From Piromyces finnis finn (lineage: Eukaryota; Fungi; Neocallimastigomycota), in NCBI GenBank assembly GCA_002104945.1, contig MCFH01000005.1, positions 1,178,001-1,242,000 of the forward strand: a stretch of DNA of 64,000 nucleotides, read 5' to 3'. Shown piece after piece: positions 36,790-57,599 of the stretch. Each line of letters starts with the position of its first letter. The stretch's first letter is position 1. The translations under genes and the position numbers were made by a program. The notes beneath the pieces are model-generated. The model did not search any database. It was not told the origin of the DNA and saw only the letters and a list, made by a program, of their open reading frames with translations.

Positions 36790-37992
36790 AAAAAAGGGAA
36801 AGGAATTATTCCTTTAAAATTTTGTAAAATATCGTTTTAGAAAGAAAAGCAAAGAAATTTGTTTTATTATCAGTTTAAAATTAATGGAAATTTAAATTAA
36901 ATTTATTATTATTATTATTTTTTTAAATTTTGAAATATATTTCAATTAATTACTTTTTTTTTTAAAAAAAATTTAAAATAATAATAATTATTGTTTTATT
37001 TTTATAATAAATACAATAAAGTAATATATATATGAATACAATTTTATAGAGACCATTCGAATTTATAGTAGTATTGTGAAAGTATTATTCATTCAATTTA
37101 AAATTTATTTTATTTTTTTTCATTTTTAAACATTTCAAATTGGAATCACCCAATTAGAATTAGAAATGTTAATAAAAGTGTATTAACATTTTTAAGAAAC
37201 TATTACAATGAAGTTTTAAATAAAAATATATATATATATATACATATATACATATATCATATAAAAAAGAAAAAATATTTAAAAACTAGTATAAAATATA
37301 GTAAATTTAAATAGATATTTCTATATATTACAATTTTATCCTATATATCATATTTTATAATAATTAATTAATATTATTCTTTTTTTCTTTTTTATTTTTT
37401 CTTTTCTTTTTTTTTTTTTTTTTTTTCAAAAGAAAAATTAAAATTTAAAAATTAAAAAAACACATTTCAAAAAAAAAAAAAAAAAAGTAATTCAATTTAT
37501 TTAGCATTTTAATTGCATTGTAAAAAAAAAAACAACTTCAATTTAAAGAAAATTAAAATACAATATAATAAAATAAAATATTTTTATTTTATTTTTTATA
37601 ACAGCCAGTCAGTTAGTCAATTAAAAAAAAAAAAAAAAGTAACATTTTACGTTTTACCCCATTATAAAAAAATTATAAATATATATATATAAAAGAAAAA
37701 AAAAAAAACATAAATTAATTTAAATTGGGAATACAAAAAGTTTTTTTTTTCTTTTTTTTTTTTTTTTTGGTAAGTTAAATATGCCTATTCAATGATATAT
37801 CAATATATATATATATATAAACTTTTTAAAAAAATATATAAGAAATTAAAATGCATTTTGAAATTTAAGAAAAAACAATTAATTGAAATTTTGAATAATA
37901 TATATTTATATACCTATTTTATAGTCCATTTATCTTTAATTATATTTAATTGAAAGAAAGAGAGAAAGAGTAAAAAAAAAAAAAAAAAAAAA

Positions 37993-40900
37993 ATGAGTAC
38001 TTTATATAAGTTGTCTACAGCAGCTTCAAAAAATAATAATGGTAATTTAACTCTGTATTTTATTTAAAACTATGTGTATTTAAATAAGAATATATATAAT
38101 TATTACTATAATATTGTGGGGAAAAATTAGTAAAACTCTAAATTTATTATTATTATTATTTTTTTTTATAATTTTTTTTACATAATTATAATAATTTATA
38201 ATTAAATAAAACTTGGAATTTGATTCAATTTTTTTTTTTTTTTATAAAAAAAAAAAAAAGATAAGTTAAATAGTCCAAAAATAAGTAAAATTTCCAATTC
38301 ACCCTTATCACCGAAAATAAAAAGAACCATTGACGAACATCATAAAAAATCAAAAATCATTAGAAATAGAAATTATAATTATGGTGGAAAAGGCATCAAC
38401 CAAAATAATAGTTTTCATTTTAATAAAAAAAATCTTCAAAAAAATCTTCAACTAAATTCACCAAATTCTTTAATTCCTTTCAATTCCTCAGTATTTAATA
38501 GCCCTACAACACTTCAAGAAAATGGTGATAATCCATACCTTCAATTACCATCACCCGAAGAAAATAATCCTATTAAAAATGAAATTGATACCCAAAATTT
38601 CTCTAATAGAGAAATGTTATATTTTAGGAATGAAGCCCAAGATACCAATGAAAATAGTAATGAAAAGAACATCACTACTACTTTTACTACTACTTGTACT
38701 AATGATGATGATGATGATGTTGTAAAAGAAACAATAGATGATGAAACAATCAATTCACAATCCATCATCTCAATCATAAATGAAGCTAATCATAGGGAAG
38801 GCGGAGAAGAAAAAGAAAAATACCTTTATGAAAATGAAATAAATTTATCGGAAACAGAAAATGAAGTAAATGATATGGATTGTTATGGTAGTAGTGGTAG
38901 TGGTAGTGGTAGTGATGATAATAATAGTGATAATAATTTGGAAATACAATTAAATGAAATGAAAAACTATTCTATACTATCAAATAGTAATTTAAATTCT
39001 CTTCAAAATACCATCATTCAAAACGAATTAGATGATACAAATAAATTAAATCCATATGACAAAGTTTATAGTGGCATTATGGATGACAAATCAAGTCCTA
39101 CTACGGAAGATATCAATAGTATTGTTATGAAGGAAAAAGAAGAAGAAGAAGATGAGGAGGAGGAGGAGGAGGATGATGAAAAATTAAATATCATGGAAAA
39201 TGTTGGTAATTTTGTAATGAGTAATGAAAACCTTCATAGTATAGCTATGGTGGATAGTGATAACGATGATAATAAATTAAGTCCTATTGAAGAAGAAGTT
39301 AGTAGTATGATGGTTAATGATCATCCTAGTGATAATACAACAAGTAGTAATAGTATTAAGGAAAAATTAAATCAATTTTTATTGGAAAATGGTGATAATT
39401 TAGATAATTTATATAATATTGATGAAATTGTTAATGTGAATTTGGATGCTCTTAATCAACTTTTAAATGATAATAATTCATCCGAATTCATCAATTCTCT
39501 TTTAAATACAACCGACTTATCTTCCGTTAATGTTGTTGTTGATGATAGTGGTGAGCAACAAACTACTACACTATCAGAATTGATTGGAGGGCCAAACCCT
39601 TCTTTAAAATCGTATCATTCATCAAAATCTTTATTCAATGGAATTTCGGGTAGAGAGGATCAATCAATTGATAAGACTAACAACAACAACAACAACAACA
39701 ACAATAACAACAACGGCAACAACAGCAATAATATCAATAATAATTGTAATAATAATGATGATAATGATGAAAATCAAAATGTAATTCATAATACATCGGA
39801 TACTTTTACTAATCATGAAGAAATGATAAATTCAGAAATATCATCAAAGATAAATTTATTAAATTTGGATGATACTCTTAATTCTACTACTACTACTACT
39901 ACTACTAGTAATGGCTATAATAGTAATGATAATAGCAATAGTGATAATAATAATGATAATACCAATGAAATTGATCTTTTATTACATCCTTTTGAACCTT
40001 TATTTAAATATACTAAAGAAACTTTTAAAAAAATAAATGAAAACCAAGAGATGCTTGGGGATGAACATGGTAAATATAATGACAATCCGCCGATAGAGTA
40101 TCAACCTTATCATGCTAAGGATAAAGAAAAAAATAAAGAGAGAGTTGTTGAGGATATGAATCATGAATCTTCTGCCTCTTCATTCACTACCCTACAAAAA
40201 AATACTAAAATTGAAATTTCTACGCATTCTACCTCAATCAATTATCATAATGAAAGAGAACAAACTCTATCACCACCGGATCATTCTATGACATCTAAAG
40301 TTTTAAATTCAAATAAAAGCTTTACACTACCAAAAGTAGTCGATACACCCTTATTTTATTCCACTACACTTTCTAGTAGCAGTAGCAGCAGTAGTAGTAA
40401 TGGAGGGGAAACTAATCATCGAAATTTGGAAGCTTTGCATGATCAAATAATGAAAGATCATCAAAAATCGGTTGCTACCGATTCTTCCACAAAAAATACC
40501 ACTGGCGTTATCATTCGTAGATATAAGGATAAATCATCGGAAAAGGTGGATACATCCATAAAGAAAAGTTTAAAATTGAAGAGTAAAAAGATGCGGTCCA
40601 AGTGTAAACCTTCTCATGTAAGTTCTCTTCGAAAAGAAATCTTAAAACGTAGTTTTCAACATCATGAAAATGATTCTTCTAATAAACGATTAAAATTGGA
40701 CGAAAAAGTAAATGGAAAACATCATCATCATGGCGGTATAACCAATGCTAAAGTTTTAACACCTATTCAAAATGATTCTAATCCTGGTCAGCATCATCAT
40801 CATCACCATCAGAAAGAGGAAGAGGCAAAAACTATCTCATCCTCTTCTTCTCATAACGACACTACCAATGAAATAAATTCATCCATTAAACATTCATCCT

Positions 40901-41389
40901 CCTCTTCCACCCTAACCTCATCCTCAATAACATCAACTTCTTCTGACAGAACCTCAAAAATTCAGAAATCCCATTCCGCCAAACTCTGCCATACCAAATC
41001 TTTAAAAAGGATGACAAGTGCTTCCTCCTTAGATTCCTATTTTCAAAATGTCTCAACGTCATCAAGACCTTATATGCCTGTAGGTATTGCTTTAAAAAAG
41101 GAGCAAGGTATTATTACAAAACATGGTGTCATTCCTTTTAAAAATGATAAATCTAAACCTATTGATATAATTCATCATGAAATTCCAGTATTAACTGGTA
41201 ATACCGCCAATCTCATGAATTCCTTTTTATCCATGTCAGCAGCAGCAGCAACAACAACAACGGCAACTACGAACAATAATAATGGTCTTAAAAATGAACC
41301 CATAAATACCTCCACCACACTTTCAATGTCAAATTTCATTGACAACTACCTAAATAATAATACTTCAATGAAAGAAGGTAAATACAAAA

Positions 41390-41421
<32 letters not shown>

Positions 41422-41980
41422 AAATATAAAATATATATATATATATATATATTAAATCAAAATAATGATTTAAAATTTATTGAAATCATATATATTATAA
41501 ATAATAATGATTTATTAAAAAAAATTTTTTTTAATAATAATAATAATAATAGATCATATTAAATCAAATACGATGCAGTTAATTATTCCTTCAAGTAATC
41601 CGAAAAAATCTATTAAAAATTATAACCAATTAACATTGAATTCAGAAAAATTAAAAGTAAATACCAATAATAATAACGGTAATACTATGGATACAAATAG
41701 TAATAATATGAAAATATCAAATGCTTCGTCATCTTCTTCCCAATCCAAATTTGATACTTTTAACACCCCTAAAAATAATGTTACTGAGAGTACCATGATG
41801 GATGATACCCCATTAATTTATCTTCAAAATTCCCGTAAAAATCTTGTGAAATACATTAAAAATTCTATTAAAAAACAATCGGGTAAAATTCAACAAACAA
41901 AATCAACAGCTGAACGTAAAGGTTTGGTGGTTCAGAAAAATAAATTAGTTCGTAAGAAAAAATGGCTTAAAAGTGTTTAA
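37993..41980 (+). CDS. Large (~1197 aa) intrinsically disordered protein of unknown function, 3 exons
   Basis: Exons 37993-38041 (MSTLYKLSTAASKNNN), 38261-41377 and 41553-41980 join in phase through GT-AG introns. The open frame extends upstream of ORF 38614 without stops. The product is N/S/T/E-rich with a basic C-terminus (KNKLVRKKKWLKSV). Confidence 0.75.
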
Positions 41981-42646
41981 AAAAAGAAATTATATATAAT
42001 AATGATAAAAAAAAAATAATAGTAATAATAAATTAAGAAAAGATTTTATCTTTTATTTTTTCCCCCTTTATCTTTTAAAATGTATGACAATATTATCATA
42101 ATAATAATAATAATTAATTGTTGGTTTTTTTTCTTCTTCTTTTTTTTATATTAACGAAATTTATTTTATTTTATTTTATTTTATTTTATTTTATTTTATT
42201 TTATTTTTAAAATTTTTTTTTTAAATTTTATATATATAATTATAAATATATATATATATATTTTTATCTATTACCTTGTAAAAATAAAATAAAATAAAAA
42301 AAAAAAAAAAATTATACAATAAAATAATGCTAAAAGATTTTCAATACTAAAGTCTGTAATTTAAAAAAAAAAAAAAAGAAAAGAAAAAAAAAAAAACATT
42401 AAACGATTATAGAATAAAATATATATAATAAATATTTGCAAAAATATAATTTTAATAATAATTAAAAAAATATTTAGGAAAAATCCTATTAAAGATAGAC
42501 ATTGAATAATTCTAATATTTAGTCATTTTTCGTAATTGATTCTTTGGTTTAAAATATATATTTTATTAAATATATATTTGTATATATTTAATAAAATCAA
42601 AGACTTATAATAAAAAAAAAAAGTTTTTTTTTTTTTTCAATGGTTT

Positions 42647-42680
<34 letters not shown>

Positions 42681-42719
42681 ATGATATTTCTGAGGTGAGG
42701 ATGAAGGCTGACAGCGTTT

Positions 42720-46396
<3,677 letters not shown>

Positions 46397-47332
46397 TTTT
46401 TTTTATTATTACTATTTTTTTTTTATTTATGTAGATAGAATATTTTTATTTTATTATTAATTCTATGGTCTTTATTTCTTATCTTTTATTAAATAGTATA
46501 ATTTAAATAGTACAATAAAAATTTAATCCATAAATAGGCAAGTTATCCTTAATAAATATACAAATATTTGATGATGTAGTAAATAGTCTATTCAAATTTT
46601 AGATAATATTATATATATTGTATATTTTTAACAATAATATAAAGTATCACTAATTTTATTTTATTTTTATTTTTTATGTGTATTTATTAATCTTTGTAAA
46701 GCAATAATAAAGAATTACTTAAAAACTTTTATTAAGTTCTATAATACATTTGTATAATTAAAAAAAAATAACTAAATTGAAATAATTGTTATTTTGCTGC
46801 TCACAAAGGTTCCTTTTTTTAAAAAAAAAAAAAAATATATACATATATAACATATATATATAATGTTAAATAATAAAATTATTTTATAAATTTTATCAAC
46901 AACTCTGTTTTTAATTTTAAATTAAAAAAGTTTAATTTTTTTTCTCCAAATTGTAAATTTTAAATATTTTTATTTTACAAATAGGATGAAAATAATCAAT
47001 ATTTATAAAGCCTTTTTTACAATATTTAATAATGTTTTATATATACATATATTTATAATATGTAATTAAAAAAAAAACTTAGCCTCATTATTCATATTAC
47101 ATATATTTAATCTATTAATCACAATAATAAAATCTATTTGATTATGAGGAAAAAAAAAAAAAGTTTAAATATATATTTATAATTTTCCTTTTTAACCTTG
47201 ATTTTCTAAAGATTAATATGTAATTTTAAAAAAAAATATTTCAATAATTTATTTCATTATAATAAATGATAATCTAAAAAATATTACTTATAATAATATC
47301 TTTACACAAAAATAAAATAAAATAATTAAAAA

Positions 47333-50266
<2,934 letters not shown>

Positions 50267-51182
50267 AAATAAAAATAATCAAATAATATTATTATTTACA
50301 ATAATTATAAACATTTTTTAATTATATATAAAATAAATAATTTAACATATGATATATGAAATGGTATTCTCAAATCAACAATGAATGTATATAATATATA
50401 TATACATAAATATATTTTGGTTTATTTTTACATTAAAATAATCCTTGTTATATTAAAATGTAGTTTGAAATTAGAAATCTTAATTCTTGAAATTTAAATT
50501 TCATAAAATTTTACATTATTATAACTTTAACATGAAAATAAATATTCATTATTACTTAAATATCTATAATACCTTTTTTTTTTTTTTCAAATTTGAAATT
50601 GAAATTAATTTTTTAAAATATAATTTTAGTAATTTAATTAAATAAATATTTTTATTTTAATTTGTCTAATTATAATCCTACTTTTTTTACAATATTATTG
50701 ATTTTTTTTAAAATTGAAATTAATTCAATATTTTAATTTCTTTTTATTATATATATGAAAAAACAAGGAAAAAAAAAATTATTTTTCATAGTTAATATAT
50801 TAGCATTGAATTGTTTTATTATAATTTTTTTATTCGTTTTATTTTTATTATTTTTTTTTATTTCTATAAATAAATTACAAGATTTTTTTTTTTTTTTTTT
50901 TTTTTTGAAAGCTTTTTGTATATTTTTTTGTGATTTGGAAAAAAAAAATAAAAATACAATTGTATTTTTTATTTTCTTTTATTATACATTTTTTGGTCTA
51001 AATATTTTATGAATTTGTGAAATAGTTGCTGATAAAAAAAATGGATAGATTATAGTAAAATAAAAGTCCTAAAAAAGTTTAATAAAAAAAATAAGTATTT
51101 ATTTATTTTTTTTTCTTTTTATAATACCTTTATTTTAGAGAGAGGAAAAAATAAAGCTTTTTTTTATTTTTATTTAAATAAT

Positions 51183-52796
51183 TTAGAATCCCTTCATAGT
51201 TTCTTCAATAACTAATCTAACTTGCTTTAAGGCAATTTCCTTCTTACCACCATCAGTCTTAACATCAATGCACTTCTTTGGTCTACCTAAAAGGTTAACA
51301 AGAGCCTTTGGAGCAATTTCTTCATAAACAACTTCCTTAGAAGCAATCTTTTCACCAGAGTAGTTGTTAATAGCTGGAAGAACGGCTTCTGGGAACTTAC
51401 CTGGGTGAGCAGTAGAAAGGCAAATAGTGTAAACTGGGTTCTTAGCATGCATCTTTTCAGCAGCAGCAACACCAACAGCAGTGTGTGGGTCAAGAACGTA
51501 GCTGGAAGACTTGCAGTGATAGTAGCGACCAATAGTTTCAGTAGTCTTTTCATCAGTAACATTGAAAGAATCGAAAAGAGTGTGAGCACGTTCAAGAACT
51601 TCAGCTGGAGCAGTGAAACCACCAGAAGTCTTTAATTGTTGCATCCATTCGGCAATGGTAGCACTGGCCTTTTCATCATCAGCAGCAGTAGCGGTAGTGC
51701 TTTCAACACGACCATCACCACGGACTAAGTACCAGATAAGACGTTCAAAGTTGGAACTGATGAGAATATCCATAGCTGGAGAAAGAGTTTGCTTAACTTC
51801 TGGTTCATTTGGACCAACCTTCTTCTTTTCGTAGGAACCAGTTTGCATGAAACGGTAAAGAATATCATTTTCGTTAGTAGCAATGCAAAGACGGTCAGCT
51901 GGAAGACCCATACGAACAGCATAGTAACCAGCTAAAATATCACCAAAGTTACCAGATGGAACAACAAATTGAATCTTTGGAAGAGTTTCTGGCTTGGTAT
52001 CAGCATTAACAGCAACATTTAACTTCTTTAATAAAGTGAAGTAAGAGTAGAAGTAGTAAACAGTTTGAGCAAGAATACGAGCCCAGTTAATAGAGTTGAT
52101 AGCACCTAATTGGTACTTGTTCTTGAATTCGGCGTCAGAGAAGAGAGCCTTAACAGTTTCTTGACAGTCATCGAAAGTACCTTCAACAGAAACATTGAAG
52201 ACATTTGGATCGAGAACAGAAGTCATTTGAGATTCTTGAATGTTACTAACACGACCCTTTGGGTGAAGAATGAAAACAGAAATGTTCTTCTTACCACGAA
52301 GACCGTAGATAGCAGCACCACCAGTATCACCACTAGTAGCACCAAGAACGGTAATACCGTCTTGCTTTTCATCTTGTTTCTTGTCCTTGTTCTTTCTAAT
52401 TAAGAAGTATTCGAAAAGATTACCTAAGAATTGAAGAGCAACATCCTTGAAAGCAAAAGTTGGACCGTGGAAAAGTTCTAAAACGTAAAGTTGGTCGTTA
52501 GTGACGTTTGGAAGTTTGTTTAATGGAGTGATGTCCTTGTCATCGAAAGTGGAGTAAGACTTTTCAATGATAGTCTTAAGATCATCATTTGGAATTTCAT
52601 TAACGTCAATGAAAAGACGAAGAACTTGGTAAGCAAGATCAGTAAATTTTAAGTTGGACCATTCAGCAATTTTTGAGAATGGAACTTTTGGAATTTCAGA
52701 TGGGATATATAAACCACCATCTGGAGCAAGACCTTGTAAAACGGCATTTTCAAAAGTAAGACCGCTAGATTGACCACGAGTACTTCTGTATCTCAT
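51183..52796 (-). CDS. THR4: Threonine synthase (PLP-dependent), intronless
   Basis: Starts MRYRSTRG...LQGLAPDGGLYIP. Contains the PLP-lysine motif ELFHGPTFAFKDVALQ plus GATSGDTGGAA, NSINWARILAQ, VPSGNFGDILAGY, TLSPAMDILISSNFER, DPHTAVG and LSTAHPGKF. Single 537-aa ORF. Confidence 0.97.
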   Translation of the reverse strand: MRYRSTRGQSSGLTFENAVLQGLAPDGGLYIPSEIPKVPFSKIAEWSNLKFTDLAYQVLRLFIDVNEIPNDDLKTIIEKSYSTFDDKDITPLNKLPNVTNDQLYVLELFHGPTFAFKDVALQFLGNLFEYFLIRKNKDKKQDEKQDGITVLGATSGDTGGAAIYGLRGKKNISVFILHPKGRVSNIQESQMTSVLDPNVFNVSVEGTFDDCQETVKALFSDAEFKNKYQLGAINSINWARILAQTVYYFYSYFTLLKKLNVAVNADTKPETLPKIQFVVPSGNFGDILAGYYAVRMGLPADRLCIATNENDILYRFMQTGSYEKKKVGPNEPEVKQTLSPAMDILISSNFERLIWYLVRGDGRVESTTATAADDEKASATIAEWMQQLKTSGGFTAPAEVLERAHTLFDSFNVTDEKTTETIGRYYHCKSSSYVLDPHTAVGVAAAEKMHAKNPVYTICLSTAHPGKFPEAVLPAINNYSGEKIASKEVVYEEIAPKALVNLLGRPKKCIDVKTDGGKKEIALKQVRLVIEETMKGF

Positions 52797-54204
52797 TTTT
52801 TAATAATATTATTATTATTGAATTTTTTTTTATGAAGGTTTATGTATTGTAGAAAACTATAAAAGTATAATTATATATAATAAAAATAAAAATAAATTAT
52901 TATCTTGTTTTATATTTATTGTATTTGTTTTTTGTATTATTTTTTTTTGTAATTTATTTATAAAATGTGGTAATTACTTTCTAAATAAAAATAAAAATGG
53001 TGGATTATATCTAATATTTTGTATATATTAAATATAAACTTTTATTATTATTTTTATTATTTAGTTTTTTTTAAAATTTTGTTAAAGAATTAAAAAAAAA
53101 AAAAAAAAAAAAAAACATATATATGAATATTAAAGATTATTTTAGGAAAAAATTTAATTGGAATCTGATATTGATAATATATTAAAATATATTGTAATAT
53201 ATTATACTATTAAAATACCATTGAATAGTTTAAAAAAATCTTTAAAAACTTTTAAAGAAAATAAATCAAAAAGTTTATAAAGGATGATTGGAAAATAAAC
53301 CTATAATAATATATGGATATAATATATTATCATTATACTGTTATTATATTGAATTTTATTATCCATTATTTCTTAATAAAAGTAAATGTATAAATAATAA
53401 TAATTTAAATAAATTTACTTATCATAACAAAAAAAAAATTTAAATAAAGCACAGCACATTTTAAAATGTTGAAAAGTGTTGAATATATATGTAAATTTGG
53501 TATAACAATTAAATTGTACTATTTAACAATAATAAGTAGGGTTATAATAAAGTTGCATGTCTCTATTATTTTCTTTTATTTATTCATTCATTTATTCATT
53601 ATTCATTCTTAATAAAAAAAATAAAAATAACAAATTAATCCACAATTTTTAAATTAATAATGATACACATGTTAAATTAAAAAATTGAATATGAAATAAA
53701 TCAAAATTTTATGTTAAAACTTTCTTATAGTTTTATTAATGTTATGGTATGGCTAGAGAACTTCCAGTACTAATTTTATTCTAATTATTTTGTTTTTTTT
53801 TTTATTTTATTTTGTATTATGTTTTTATCTTAATTTTTAATATATTATTTTTTTATATTAATTATATTATCATAAACAAATATATATATTATAAAATTTA
53901 AACAAATATATAAAAATAAATATTATGATCATACAGGAAAAATAAAAGTTAATAATTATATATATATAATATAGTAATAATAGTAGATGATAATGTGATA
54001 TATAATAAGATGTATCAACAAAAAGTTACAAATCTTATTTAATTATTAATAATATTAGTTAATAGTAGTAATAGTAATAGTATAATTACTAATTGAAAAA
54101 AAAAAAAATGTTGAAAATTATATATAGTCATATATATATTGTTCCTTCATATTTTTTGTTTTTTGTTTTTTTTTTTCAATAGTTATTAAAAATAATTACA
54201 AAGT

Positions 54205-55356
54205 TTATGATGAAAGATGTTCATTAATAAAACTAGAAAATTTCTTAATAAAACTTAATTTTTCAGATTCTTTTGGATTAATTTTGCTTTCATAGGCATC
54301 AATAGCTTCATTTAAAATTCTTAAATGATCATTAGTTATTCCTATAAGCTCCATTTGCTTTAATTTATAGAAAGCAATTAAAGCAAAAGCTTCATTTTCT
54401 GAATTATTTTCAATATAATTGTTTTCGATTTGTTTAAGTGTTGGTGACAAATCTCTAATAGCATCACATATATCATTATATTCATTAATACAATCAGGTT
54501 TATTTATTTTATTACAAAATTCGACTAAATTATTCTTCATTTGACTTTTTGGAATAATAGTTTCAACAGTCTAATATATATATTACCGTAATTATTGTAC
54601 CATATATTTAAAATAGTTTAAGGTATTTATAGATATTCATATAATAAATTGAAGTTTAATTGAAAACGATAATAATATTGAACATATATATAATTTATAT
54701 TATATATAATAAGTAATGTTAATAAATAAAAGTAAAATAAGGAAAAAAAGATATAAATATGTTATTAAAAAGTATTATCTTTTATTTTTTTAATAATCAT
54801 CAATGAAATATTATTTACTTTATGTATATATAAATACTAATTTGAATATTACCTCAATAATGATTTTTAAGGAATCAAAATCATTTTGTATTCTTTCTAA
54901 TTGAACAGAATCTGTAGTACCCTTGGAATCAATGATTTTTCCACTACGAACACTTAAAGTATTATCCCTATATGCTTTTTGAATCATTTCAAGACATTGA
55001 TTATCTAAATATTCATTTTGACCAAGTTTAAAATCAAGATCAAGATTCTGACCTAATTCAAGATCATGATTATTATTCCAACCAAATTCACCCAATGTAT
55101 CATTAACAAAAGATTCTACATTGAAAGAAATAGTAGAATCTAATTGATCAATATCAATACCTAAAGTAGAATAATTTACTTGTGGAAGTTGAGTTGGATC
55201 AACAGAGGAAATAACAGAAGGTCTTTTTTGTCTAGGAACTTTTTCTGTTTCTTGTTGGGATGGAACTTCCTTTGAAGGAAAATAGTATTCACGAAGTTTA
55301 TCAGCCTTTTTTGTCCTGTAAACTTCTTCGTCCTTTTGTTCAATTTCAACAGACAT
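54205..55356 (-). CDS. Hypothetical protein (~289 aa), 2 exons
   Basis: Exon 55356-54853 (donor GAG|GTAATA) splices in phase 0 to exon 54570-54205 (acceptor TTAG|ACT). This joins ORFs 54820-55356 and 54205-54540. Confidence 0.7.
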
Positions 55357-56446
55357 ATTTATTATTTTTTTAAAAAAAAATTATAAAAATAGGATTATTT
55401 ATTGTTTTTAACTTTTTTTTAGAGATTTTGATTTATTTTTTATTCGATTTTTCAAATATATATATAGTTATAAAAAAAAGTGTAACATAATATATAATGA
55501 TTTAATAAATATTTTCAATATTGAATGATTTTTGAAATAGTGTATTTTTTATTAATTTGTTTTTATAATCATGAATAAATAAAATAAAATAAAAAAAAGG
55601 TTGTAAAATCGTTTATAGACACATTTGCGTACATATTTATATTGTTTTAGTATTTTTAATTAAAGTTTTTCCATCAATATTTTTAAAATTCATATCCATA
55701 AAAAAAAAAAGACATAAATGGCAATAAATTTTATTATTGTTACCCGACAATAATTGTTTAATTAGATATATTAAAAAATAAAAAAAAAAAAAAAAAGTTA
55801 ACACATTTGTATTTTAAATAAAAAATAAAAATGAATTGAAGTAATATCAAAATAATAATATAATATTATTAATAATTATTTGATATAGATTATAGAATAG
55901 AGAATTTTTTTTAATTGTTTTTCTTTTTTTTAATAATTATTATTTGAAATATAACGGTTGTTTTTTATTATTATTTAAACCTTTTTAGTTTTATGATTAT
56001 AAATATAGAATATATATCATCATTGATAATTCAAAAATAGTTACATAGACTATTTTTTTTGTTTTGTTTTGTTATATATTTTATTTTCTTTTATATCTTT
56101 TTTAAATTATCAAGTATATAATTTTTTTTTTTTTTTAATTCTTAAGTTCTCTTCCATAACTATTTATTATTTTATATATTACCTAAAATATTTAAATATT
56201 ACAATAAAAATAATAACAATAATAAATGAAAGATAAAAGATATTAATATAAATTACCTTTTGCTATTATATAATGATATTTTTTTTCTTGCTTTTATTTT
56301 TAGAATTAAAAGAAGAAGAAAAAAGTTTTATTATTACAAATTTTGAATAAGTAATAATATATATAATTATATACAATTATAATAAGAATGTAATATAATT
56401 TAATTTTTTAATAAAAAAAAAAAAAAAAACATATTTAGCAAAAATG

Positions 56447-56484
<38 letters not shown>

Positions 56485-57400
56485 GTATATTAACTATTAT
56501 CTATTATAATAATAAAAAAAAAAATTCATATCCATATATATAAAATAAAGTTTAGTTATTTTTTGACTTTGTATGTCAACAAAATTTAATGAAATTAAAA
56601 TATGCTATATATAATTTGTATATATATATAGAAAAAAAAAATATGCATTAAAGAAGCATGTAAGAAAAGCCAATTTTATATATAAAAAATAAGATAATTA
56701 AAAGTTTAATATTATAAAAGAAGATTTATAAATAAACTATCAATAAAGAAAATTATTATTATAATGCATTTATATATATTCCAATATTTTTTGTTTATCA
56801 TTATTCCTAAATATGTATGATATGTATGATGTAGCAAACTGAAATTTGGTGATACTAAAAATATTAATATATTGTTTTTAATGAAATGGATTAATCTCTC
56901 TAACATAAAAATAAATTTTATAAGGGATAATTAATCTAGACTTTTCATAAAAAAAAAAAAATCACCTTTATTTATTATACTCTTGTTAATTCAAATAAAA
57001 ACAGTAAAATACTAAAAATTTTATTTCTCCATTTTAAAAATTGTATTAGAACATAAGAATAAGATTTTAAAACTTAAAAATTTGGTATAATTAACGGTAG
57101 AGAGTTAAATCTTAAATTTTATTAAAATGTATTTTTAAATCATTAAAAAAAAAAAAAAGTTTCATTTGAAATGGGTATATGTAAATAGTATAATATATAA
57201 AAAGTATAAATGGTATAATTTAAATAATGAAATAAATATGTTACATAATTTATCTAATTGTATAACTTATAATACACTTTATAATGAATAATACATTATA
57301 ATAATTCATTGATTTAATTTTTTAATCATTTATATTACCTCACTATCACCCCTTTTTAGAGTAAAAGTTTATTAAAACATTTGGTGATTTGGAGTGCTAT

Positions 57401-57595
57401 ATATAAATGACAAGTTATCAAGTTATTGTTTGTTTTTGTTGCTTTTTTTGTAACTTTAACTTTATAAATTTATTGTACGTCCATATAAACATCAAGTTAT
57501 TGGTTTTTTGTTTTGTTTTTTAGCTTTGTAGATAAATAATATCTATAAATATCAAGTTGTTATCGTTTTAACTTTTGAACAAGTATTATAAACTT
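57401..57595. repeat. Three degenerate direct repeats immediately 3' of the pPolB stop codon
   Basis: A core of TATAAA-N(1-9)-ATCAAGTT(A/G)TT followed by a T/G-rich run recurs at about 57402, 57484 and 57544. ATCAAGTTATTG is exact in the first two copies. Confidence 0.6.
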
Positions 57596-57599
57596 TTTT

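Noticed and set aside
51287-52403. Overlapping alternative-frame and antisense ORFs within THR4
   Set aside because: Expected from the strong codon bias of a highly expressed gene; no independent homology is evident.
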